57,466 nucleotides of DNA from a virus (taxonomy: Duplodnaviria; Caudoviricetes): positions 1 to 57,466 of the IMG/VR virus record IMGVR_UViG_3300048026_000121; one strand, written 5' to 3'. Below, one piece after another: positions 34,627-42,778 of the stretch. The stretch's first letter is position 1, and each line of letters begins with the position of its first letter. A model generated the notes under the pieces. It was not told the DNA's origin. It searched no databases and saw only the letters and a program-made list of their open reading frames with translations. Made by a program: the position numbers and the translations under genes.

Positions 34627-35374
34627 GTTGTGTTACCTCTGCTAGTGTAGGAGCATATACTCCTCTGTGTTGGACAGTTATGGCTGCTGCATCCATTGCA
34701 AACTTTATAGCCTTGTCTATATCATAAGTATCTAGATAGTTGAATACAAGACCTGCAAGGAATGTATCTCCTGCACCACACACATCATGAGTTTCTACAC
34801 TAGGGGGTAGGTAAGTTCTGTTCTTATACTCGACTTTCTTTGAGCCGTATGTGACGATCAGATCGTCTGTTAGTGTTTCTGCTGCCTCCAGTTCATACTG
34901 GTTTATCTTTACGAAGCAGCCATCAAACTGAGCTAAGTTGGTCTTCTTAGTATCTACAAAGATAGGGCCGTTATACTTAGCTCTGAAATCTTTTATGTCA
35001 CCTTCGGCTACAAACCCTTTGTTGTAGTCTGAGATAACAACAGCATCATACATACTTACGTCTTCGTCTGCTGTATCTATGTGCTCAGTCTTAATCTTTT
35101 CATCTACTCTGATCAGTTGCTGACCAGTCTTATCTTCAATGTACCTGTGCTTACGCTCTCTGTACTCTGTTATGATGTCTACCCTAGTCCCTAGGTTCAC
35201 TAAGTTGTTGTAGACGTTATAGGCCATGCCTCTTTTGATTACAGAAGATACAAGATCAAAGACAGGGACAGGAGCCTCTGGGCTTATTCTTGATACAGTG
35301 CCTGTGTGATATTCATCATAGCAACTGTCGCCTAGTAATAAAATCTTCGATTGTTTTTGTGGTAGACTGCCCAT
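34616..35374 (-). CDS. hldA: Heptose-7-phosphate kinase (RfaE/HldE domain I, PfkB family)
   Basis: RISPEAPVPV, ISDYNKG and DVCGAGDTF. Confidence 0.9.
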   Translation of the reverse strand: MGSLPQKQSKILLLGDSCYDEYHTGTVSRISPEAPVPVFDLVSSVIKRGMAYNVYNNLVNLGTRVDIITEYRERKHRYIEDKTGQQLIRVDEKIKTEHIDTADEDVSMYDAVVISDYNKGFVAEGDIKDFRAKYNGPIFVDTKKTNLAQFDGCFVKINQYELEAAETLTDDLIVTYGSKKVEYKNRTYLPPSVETHDVCGAGDTFLAGLVFNYLDTYDIDKAIKFAMDAAAITVQHRGVYAPTLAEVTQHAT

Positions 35375-35726
35375 TGGTTCTCTCGTAGAATACTATTTCT
35401 TTGCAGTACTCCTCCCCAAGTATTGTCTTCCCTTTCCAATCAGATCCTTTTACCATTACATCAGGCTGATAAGCTTTTATAATACCTACCAAGTCCTCGT
35501 CTGTATCAAATACTCTGACACTATTGACAGGCTTCAACATAGACATTATATGTTTACGTATTGACAAAGTATTGAAAGGTCTCCCAGTACCCTTGTTATA
35601 CTCAATACGACTGTCTGTGTCAATAGCTACTAACAAATGACCACCTAACATCCCTGCAAAATCAAGGAGATCTAGGTGCCCAGAGTGCAGTACATCAAAT
35701 GCACCATTAACAAAAACTTTCTTCAT
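35316..35726 (-). CDS. hldC: Heptose-1-phosphate nucleotidyltransferase (RfaE/HldE domain II)
   Basis: NGAFDVLHSGH, KGTGRP, KGSDW and RTNGQSTT. Confidence 0.88.
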   Translation of the reverse strand: MKKVFVNGAFDVLHSGHLDLLDFAGMLGGHLLVAIDTDSRIEYNKGTGRPFNTLSIRKHIMSMLKPVNSVRVFDTDEDLVGIIKAYQPDVMVKGSDWKGKTILGEEYCKEIVFYERTNGQSTTKTIEDFITRRQLL

Positions 35727-35743
35727 GAGGTAAAGATCCTAAT

Positions 35744-36391
35744 ATGTCCAGATTTAAACATATTATTTCACAAGAACCAAGTCAACAACCTCAACAAGAG
35801 TTACCGCCAGATTGGCCTACAGTCTTCCCTAAGTCTATTGTAGGTCTAGATCGTGATGGTGTTATCAACGTAGACAAAGGACACTACATTACAGATCCTG
35901 AAGACTTTGAGGTGTACCCTGAGTCCTTAGCAGCTATCCACAAGTTACGTATCAAAGGATACAAAGTGGTAATATTAACTAACCAGGGTGGTATTACCAA
36001 GGGACTACAAACACATGAGCAGGTAGAAGCTGTACACCAACGTATGTTTGAAATGTTTGGACAAGCAGGTATCTACACTATTGATGGTCTCTTCTACTCT
36101 GAGTCTTCATTAAAAGAAGACATGTATGCCAAACCTAATCTAGGTATGTTTCACAGAGCAGAGAAAGAAATCTTTGGTGGAAAGACTAGGTTCAAAGACA
36201 AAGGTTTCTATGTGGGCGATAAGATGTCTGACCTTAAAGCTGCTGAGAGAATTGGTGCCACCCCAATCTTAGTAAGAACTGGTCATGGGGTGGACACTGA
36301 AGGAGAGCTAAAGAAGTTCTCAAAAGAGAAGTTAAGAAAGAAGACTAAGGTTTTCGATAACCTCCTCCAATTTGTGGATAGGCTACCTTAG
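35744..36391 (+). CDS. gmhB: Heptose-1,7-bisphosphate phosphatase (HAD family)
   Basis: LDRDGVIN, TNQGG, KPNLGM, VGDKMSD and VRTGHG. Confidence 0.9.
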   Translation: MSRFKHIISQEPSQQPQQELPPDWPTVFPKSIVGLDRDGVINVDKGHYITDPEDFEVYPESLAAIHKLRIKGYKVVILTNQGGITKGLQTHEQVEAVHQRMFEMFGQAGIYTIDGLFYSESSLKEDMYAKPNLGMFHRAEKEIFGGKTRFKDKGFYVGDKMSDLKAAERIGATPILVRTGHGVDTEGELKKFSKEKLRKKTKVFDNLLQFVDRLP

Positions 36392-38103
36392 GCAGCCTTT
36401 TCCTCTACTTCTTCAACTACTGAGTCATTGTAAGGATACTTCACCAACAGACCTTGTTCTGGTAGGTACAAGTAATTTATGTCTGAGTTCTTAATAGTTC
36501 TCATTGCATCGTCTAGTGTTTCTACCAGTGGCTCACCTGCTAAGTTAAAGCTGGTGTTGAACAAAATAGGTACACCAGTAATCTTACGGAACTCATCAAT
36601 CAAAGTGTGATACGTTCCATTCTGCTCTTTAGTCACAGTCTGAATACGGCAAGTACCGTCTACGTGTGTGATAGCTGGGCACTCTCCATGCTTCTCTAAC
36701 TTGAAGTCCATTGCATACATCATGAATGGTGACTCTTCCATACCGTAGGTATCAAACCATTCCTCAAAGTGTTCCTGCATCATAGAACCTGCAAAGGGTC
36801 TAAACCACTCACGTCCTTTGACCTTGTTCACAGTGTCCTTGCCATCAGGGTCTGTGGGATCGTACAGGATAGAACGATTCCCTAGTGCACGAGGTCCAGC
36901 CTCAGAACGTCCTTGGTACAAAGCTACAATATTCTTCTCAGAGATAAGCTTTGCTACATCAGCAGGTTTTACTTCCTCAGTTTCAATGTCGCCAAAGTCA
37001 TAAGACTCTTCACGTTCAGGACCAAGATACAAAGTGTCTAGTGGACGAATAGTTTTGTCTTTTGTTTCTGTGTAGTGCACTAGCTGTGCTAGACCGATTG
37101 CTGTACCACCATCATGAGAGATAGGATCAACATAAATGTTAAGGTCAGGGAAACGTTTCTTGTAGTAGTAGTTTGCTACGCAGTTAAGACCATAACCACC
37201 TGCAATGACGATGTTCTTTTTACCAGTCATTGATACAGCTTTTTCAATCAAGTCACCTACAAGAGTTTGTGTTTCGTCTTGTACTGCCCAAGCTAAATTC
37301 TTAGCTGCATCTGTAACTTTACTAGGATCGTTATGCCAAGCACGAGGATCTTCAGTCAAGGTTAAGTAGGGGTGGCGAGTATGATCAATATGAGCACCAG
37401 CAGGATAGTTAGGGACAAAAACATTCTTGTTACCTCTACCATTAAAGAACAGGCTGGGGATCATCTCATCATACGTACCGTATGGTGCAAGACCCATTGT
37501 CTTACCTGCTTCAATAAAACCAAAGCCTAGGTATTCTGATACAGCTTCGTATCCTTTAACAAGTGTGATGGCATTGTCCATTTCAATGTTTTCAGAAGTA
37601 ATTCTTTGGGTATCATAGTTACCACCAAAGGCTTGGAATACAGGTTTAATACCTTCTTCGTAGTCACAGTTAAAGATAGTCTCTGTCTCAAACCCTGGGT
37701 TCTTTTGACCCTCTTCATTTATTTGGACCTCTTGACGTGTACCAGATCCGTCTACAATAACAGCAGCAGCATCTTCAAAACCTGAGTTGTAGAAAGCTGC
37801 AGAAGCATGTCCAAGGTGGTGGATATGTCCTAAGTTGATTACTTGTACGTTTGGATAAAACTTACGAACAAGACCAGAATAAGGATCTTCACCAGTCCAA
37901 GGTAGTTGTGGGAACTGTGAATGTGTTCCACCTAAAACAATGACATCAATCCCATAGTGAATTGCTTCAAGGATACCTTTGTATGGGTTGCCATCATATT
38001 TACTACGAGACAGACGTTCTTCTTCAATGTAGAACTTAATCTCACCATCTACTAACAAAGCAGCAGAACCATTATGACCTGGGTTAATTGCTAGGATATT
38101 CAT
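36388..38103 (-). CDS. Carbamoyltransferase (NodU/CmcH/TobZ family)
   Basis: GHNGSAAL, EERLSR.K, HHLGHA, GGYGLNC, EAGPRALGNRS, KGREWFRPFA, HVDGTCRIQTV and NTSFN. Confidence 0.95.
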   Translation of the reverse strand: MNILAINPGHNGSAALLVDGEIKFYIEEERLSRSKYDGNPYKGILEAIHYGIDVIVLGGTHSQFPQLPWTGEDPYSGLVRKFYPNVQVINLGHIHHLGHASAAFYNSGFEDAAAVIVDGSGTRQEVQINEEGQKNPGFETETIFNCDYEEGIKPVFQAFGGNYDTQRITSENIEMDNAITLVKGYEAVSEYLGFGFIEAGKTMGLAPYGTYDEMIPSLFFNGRGNKNVFVPNYPAGAHIDHTRHPYLTLTEDPRAWHNDPSKVTDAAKNLAWAVQDETQTLVGDLIEKAVSMTGKKNIVIAGGYGLNCVANYYYKKRFPDLNIYVDPISHDGGTAIGLAQLVHYTETKDKTIRPLDTLYLGPEREESYDFGDIETEEVKPADVAKLISEKNIVALYQGRSEAGPRALGNRSILYDPTDPDGKDTVNKVKGREWFRPFAGSMMQEHFEEWFDTYGMEESPFMMYAMDFKLEKHGECPAITHVDGTCRIQTVTKEQNGTYHTLIDEFRKITGVPILFNTSFNLAGEPLVETLDDAMRTIKNSDINYLYLPEQGLLVKYPYNDSVVEEVEEKAA

Positions 38104-38104
38104 T

Positions 38105-39031
38105 TTACTTCACCTTCTTTTCGATATCTTTTACGATGTCAGCATAAATACTGTTTATCTCTTCGTCTGTAAACTCAACAGTTACTTCATTAACTCTATC
38201 TGCTAAGTGTGACTCAAGACCTGAAATACGTATAGGTGAGTAAACTTTAGGAACAGCCCTTTCAATTATATTAAAGTAATTTGGGTATGTAGTATTTATA
38301 GGGAAAGTAGATCCTATAATTACTGAACCAGGTTTATTAAGTGCCCTTGCCATATGCTGACCTACAGAATCACAACCTACAAAGTAATCTGCTGCATCAA
38401 TAAAGGATGACCACATACGAAGGTCTGCTTCAGGCTTCATGGTGTATGTGTCTTCAGGCATCCAGAAGTTTTTTTCAGCAAACAAAACCAGATTGTATTT
38501 CGTTGCTAGTTTCTTTACTAGTTTAAGATACGTATCTGGATTAATAGAACGAGAAGATTGATCTAGTAAAACACCTTCCTGTGGTTTCTCAATGGATCTA
38601 CCAAAAGGTTGTATGACAATAGTCTTTTGCTTTTGTTGTTGCTGTCTTACTTGCTGCATAAAGTTAGCAGCATTCAATTCCTCTTGTCTATTTGTTTTAA
38701 GGACAGGAGCACCAAGATCAGAGTGGTCATCAGTCTCATTGATCAAGTAATCAAAAGCTTCAGCAAGAGACTTCTCTTGTTTATAGTAGCCTGGAACTCT
38801 GTATGGTTCTGGAGAGATTACTCTGTCAGCATCCATAAAGAATTGATCCATTGATCCCTTTTGGTCTGGGTTAAATACTTTATCATGTAGCTCAGGGATA
38901 CCCCAGTACAAAGAGTCCCAACCCATGACCATAACTCTAAAGTCTTTATCTTTTTTAGAGTACTTGATAAGAGCAGGAATAGCTGCTATAGCTCTACCTG
39001 CACCACCATCAATCATAAAAACAGTTTTCAT
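38105..39031 (-). CDS. GT-B glycosyltransferase, GT9/heptosyltransferase-like
   Basis: N-terminal DGGAGRAIAAIPAL, VIQPFG, and ADYFVGCDSVGQHMARA resembling the WaaC/WaaF DSGxxHxAxA motif; adjacent to the heptose pathway. Confidence 0.75.
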   Translation of the reverse strand: MKTVFMIDGGAGRAIAAIPALIKYSKKDKDFRVMVMGWDSLYWGIPELHDKVFNPDQKGSMDQFFMDADRVISPEPYRVPGYYKQEKSLAEAFDYLINETDDHSDLGAPVLKTNRQEELNAANFMQQVRQQQQKQKTIVIQPFGRSIEKPQEGVLLDQSSRSINPDTYLKLVKKLATKYNLVLFAEKNFWMPEDTYTMKPEADLRMWSSFIDAADYFVGCDSVGQHMARALNKPGSVIIGSTFPINTTYPNYFNIIERAVPKVYSPIRISGLESHLADRVNEVTVEFTDEEINSIYADIVKDIEKKVK

Positions 39032-39103
39032 AGTCTTCTTCTTTTATTATTATCTTTACAGGGCCATTATAGCCCTGGTGAATTTTATCATAAAATTACT
39101 TCT

Positions 39104-42100
39104 TTAACAAGAACAAATAATTCCTTCATTATACAACCTTAAAGCACCTTCGTAGTAGCCTTCTCCAGCATTTAACTTGTGAGGAGCTTTAGCATTAAGG
39201 GCAGAAGGTGAATTGTATGAAGGTGCTGAAAAATTATTATTAATTCTCAAGTAACATGCATATCTTTTTGTTGCATCTCTATGTAAATGGCAAGGTTTGA
39301 TACAGCAGAATATCATGTTAGAATGACATGCAATACCTTGTCTGTAAGGATTACAACATGTTAATCTGTAATGACAACGAACACATTCATGATCATAGAA
39401 TTGATATAGCTGAGTACACAGACCAGTACCACTAAAAAGACCTCCACAAAGACAAGTACAATGGTACATACCTATGGTTTGATTCATCATGTATGTTCTG
39501 GTTATATTGAACATACAGCAGCATTGCATGGTAGCCCCACCTGAAATAGCATGTGGGCAGAAACAACCTCCATAACACAATCTACAGAATCCTGGGAAGA
39601 ACATATAGTTTGAATCACCAAAACCAAATGTACAAGCATTAAACTGCATTCTGCAAGCTGCACTTGCTGAGAATGGGTGATAGGCTAAAGATCCTAACCA
39701 TCTTATATTCCAAAAGTTCTTCATGATTTCGGATGTATTCCAACCAATACATTCTAGAGGAACATTGAATGGTGCTTTCATTCTTCCTGTTTCTGGGATA
39801 ACTTGCATAATACAGCCATTACATCCACCATATAGAGAAGCACAAGCACCTGTACACAGACACCCAAAGTACTTACTACTACCTATACAGCAGCATTTTG
39901 CTGGCATAATACCACAGTGATTAAAGCAACAAACCCCACCCATAATGAACTGGACGCCACCTACGTCACTTGAATGATCCGACCCATATGTTGTAAAGTC
40001 TAATCCGATTGTTCGGCAGTTTGTACAACCGATGCAAGCTCCAACAACCCCTTCAAACTGTAAACAGTGTCTTAGGCAACAGCAGAGTGTTGGGTCAACA
40101 AACTTACAGTTTACACACTTATCAGTTGAAGGCCAGAGTTGATTAACCTTACTAACACAGCAATTAGTTAAGTCAAAGCATATGGCTCCAAGCCACATAA
40201 AGGTACTTCCAAAGGTGAAACATGTACACGTACCACAGGCAAGAATACCACCTATAAAGACTAGATGATCAGTGCAACAGTTGTAGTACCAGTTTGGTCT
40301 ACAGAAGTTTCCTGTACCAACCAAGTTTAAGTTTGTACCGTTACACCCCCCAAAAGTACCCCAAGTAAAGTGGAAATCGTGTCCTTGGCAATGAGCCAAA
40401 AGACTTGTAGCACAACACCCAGTTATTGCTTGAATACAAGCTGCTACAGTACACTTTGGGCAAGCATCATTGTTACCAAGCCAGAGCCTACCTGCAATGT
40501 CACAAGGAGTACAACCACAATTACACAAATGCATTGGGCTTGAAATATACCATTTAGCCATATGTCTTCTGGCATCTTGAGACTGAATCATTGCGTAGAA
40601 GTTGATACTACACTCAATTTGACAAGTTGATTTATTAAATACTGTATAGACAGGTGTATTTCTACTTGCTTGATCACAATAGCTAGTGTGGGAGTTATAG
40701 TCTCCATTACCAAACATGAGAAGTCTGTTAGCACAAGTAGGGTGTTGTATGATATCACCATGAGTAGTTGGGTCCATCATTGGAACACCACCTGGGCATG
40801 TGTAAACAGAAATCTTACCAGTATCATAAAGAGCACAACGAGTTCTGTCTCTATTTCTACCAACACTACCCTGGGAAGTGAACCCCATCATGCAGAATAT
40901 TCTTTCTGTAGTTGGGTAACAGTTTGTTAGGAATACACACCCTTTGCAACACATCCAAGGCATCATGCACTTAGGTTGAATTGGTGACCAGTACTGGAAA
41001 GATTTATGAGGTCTGCAGAATTTAGTAATAATTAAAGTACAATGTGTTTCAAATCTACATGAACAACCACTACATTGGAAAGCACATGCAGGGGAGTATG
41101 CACAAAGACATGGGAAACACAGCCAGTCAAACATCCATAAAACATCACCATCACAGTCCCAATGCTTCATACCTGAGTTATACCCACCTGCTGTACCTCC
41201 AGGCACACACAACGCAGTTTGACCTGTGCAGGATGCTGGGTAAAGAGTAAGCCACATATTAGGGCAGCAACGAGGATCAAATGATTTTATACATATACCA
41301 TCACAACTTTTTGGGCATTTTGCAGTGTACATGCCTTTATTCCAAATACTAGGAGGACCACTAATGTCAGTCCTACTAGTAAACCAAGGCATCAGACAAC
41401 CTGCTACTCCACCTGTTCCATAACAAATAGACCCAAGACCATCTACTTTTAGGTTTAAACAATTATAACATGGCTTATAACAAGTATTTTGCCAATGGAA
41501 TGGGTAAGGATTTATAGGTCTACCACTATGAGTAAAGAAAGCATAATCACAAACCTCCTCTTCAGGTCCACCTAAAGCTGAGTTTGTACATGCTAGATAA
41601 ATTAAAGGGGGTGCTAAGTAAGGGTGTGCACCAGCAGAAGAACCTGGTGCAGACAGTGGCATTGAGATCATTGGCCCCAAACAAGAAGTTGCCTCAAAGT
41701 AAGAAGGAGCAAAGAAAGGTCCAATATCAATACCTTGTGTACAAGTACAACAGCAAAATGCTGCTATTTGACCTGTTTTACTGTAAACACCACCCTTTTT
41801 AGTGATGACTGCTTCTTCCCAGTCTTGTCTGTGTTCATAACAAGCTACTGCGTATTGTTTTTGTTGGTGCTTTGTATAAATACTACCATCAATCATTGGC
41901 TGATATGTTCCACAAAGTGCGTGGCAAGGCCATAGATTGTTATTTTCGTAACCAAGCAGACAAGGTATATTTCTACATCTACAGCCCCAAGGTTTAACCC
42001 AAGTGTATGCACAGCCCTGCCCTAGACCACAGCACGTACAAACAACAACTTCACCAGTGGTATACTTTACTTCTCCAGGTACATCAGGTCTCCATGCTCC

Positions 42101-42532
42101 AATACAACTGTTAAGGCTGCATCTCCAATTCGTATAGGTGCCAGTAATGTAGAATGGCATTCTCATTCCTGGAGAGGCGTAAAGGTTATTATTTAGAGTT
42201 TGATCATATGGGCATCTAGCAGTTTCATCACACTTACAGAAATTTGATCTGACCGTCATATACATTGTAGAGTAGTAGTCGTTAGAGAACTCATCTGTCT
42301 CTAGCCCACCACCACCAACTGAAGCCCATTCAGTACCGTTGTACGAGATAAGAGAACCTAGGTCTGTATCAAAATAGATAGACCCAGTAGCAGGAGAACC
42401 AGGTCTCTGGGCTGTCGTCCCACTAGGGGCATCCATACGTGAACTAGCTGTAATACAACACGAGGTAACACAACAGGCACAGACGTTCCTGCTGTTATCG
42501 ACCACCGTAGTGCCATTAATCTTATATGCCAT
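39104..42532 (-). CDS. Very Cys-rich tail-fibre-associated protein
   Basis: 1142-aa ORF with GGAG RBS and about 125 Cys by hand count; N-terminal PSGTTAQRP...G.IYFDTD...YNGTEW fibre module. Confidence 0.85.
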   Translation of the reverse strand: MAYKINGTTVVDNSRNVCACCVTSCCITASSRMDAPSGTTAQRPGSPATGSIYFDTDLGSLISYNGTEWASVGGGGLETDEFSNDYYSTMYMTVRSNFCKCDETARCPYDQTLNNNLYASPGMRMPFYITGTYTNWRCSLNSCIGAWRPDVPGEVKYTTGEVVVCTCCGLGQGCAYTWVKPWGCRCRNIPCLLGYENNNLWPCHALCGTYQPMIDGSIYTKHQQKQYAVACYEHRQDWEEAVITKKGGVYSKTGQIAAFCCCTCTQGIDIGPFFAPSYFEATSCLGPMISMPLSAPGSSAGAHPYLAPPLIYLACTNSALGGPEEEVCDYAFFTHSGRPINPYPFHWQNTCYKPCYNCLNLKVDGLGSICYGTGGVAGCLMPWFTSRTDISGPPSIWNKGMYTAKCPKSCDGICIKSFDPRCCPNMWLTLYPASCTGQTALCVPGGTAGGYNSGMKHWDCDGDVLWMFDWLCFPCLCAYSPACAFQCSGCSCRFETHCTLIITKFCRPHKSFQYWSPIQPKCMMPWMCCKGCVFLTNCYPTTERIFCMMGFTSQGSVGRNRDRTRCALYDTGKISVYTCPGGVPMMDPTTHGDIIQHPTCANRLLMFGNGDYNSHTSYCDQASRNTPVYTVFNKSTCQIECSINFYAMIQSQDARRHMAKWYISSPMHLCNCGCTPCDIAGRLWLGNNDACPKCTVAACIQAITGCCATSLLAHCQGHDFHFTWGTFGGCNGTNLNLVGTGNFCRPNWYYNCCTDHLVFIGGILACGTCTCFTFGSTFMWLGAICFDLTNCCVSKVNQLWPSTDKCVNCKFVDPTLCCCLRHCLQFEGVVGACIGCTNCRTIGLDFTTYGSDHSSDVGGVQFIMGGVCCFNHCGIMPAKCCCIGSSKYFGCLCTGACASLYGGCNGCIMQVIPETGRMKAPFNVPLECIGWNTSEIMKNFWNIRWLGSLAYHPFSASAACRMQFNACTFGFGDSNYMFFPGFCRLCYGGCFCPHAISGGATMQCCCMFNITRTYMMNQTIGMYHCTCLCGGLFSGTGLCTQLYQFYDHECVRCHYRLTCCNPYRQGIACHSNMIFCCIKPCHLHRDATKRYACYLRINNNFSAPSYNSPSALNAKAPHKLNAGEGYYEGALRLYNEGIICSC

Positions 42533-42562
42533 TTATATTCTCCGTCCTAAGACTATCGTGAA

Positions 42563-42778
42563 TCAAACCCATTCGGTTCCGTTGTAAGAAACTACTGTGC
42601 CTAAATCTGTATCAAAAAAGATATGACCTGTATTTGGTGAACCAGGTCTCTGTGCTGTTGTACCAGAAGGTATAGTGAGGACGTTAGCTGATACTATCGT
42701 CCCCTGTACTGAAGGTGTTCCTGAAGGAATGTTTTTACTGTCGTCAATAACAGTTGTGCCACTAACCTTTAGAGCCAT
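42563..42778 (-). CDS. Small fibre-module protein paralogous to the N-terminus of the Cys-rich protein
   Basis: MALKVSGTTVIDDSKN...PSGTTAQRPGSPNTGHIFFDTDLGTVVSYNGTEW. Confidence 0.8.
   Translation of the reverse strand: MALKVSGTTVIDDSKNIPSGTPSVQGTIVSANVLTIPSGTTAQRPGSPNTGHIFFDTDLGTVVSYNGTEWV

Noticed and set aside
33503-39031. Host chromosomal LPS locus misassembled into the contig
   Set aside because: Base composition and tight gene packing match the phage, the genes abut structural genes on both sides, and the enzymes are compact variants. Read coverage would confirm this.
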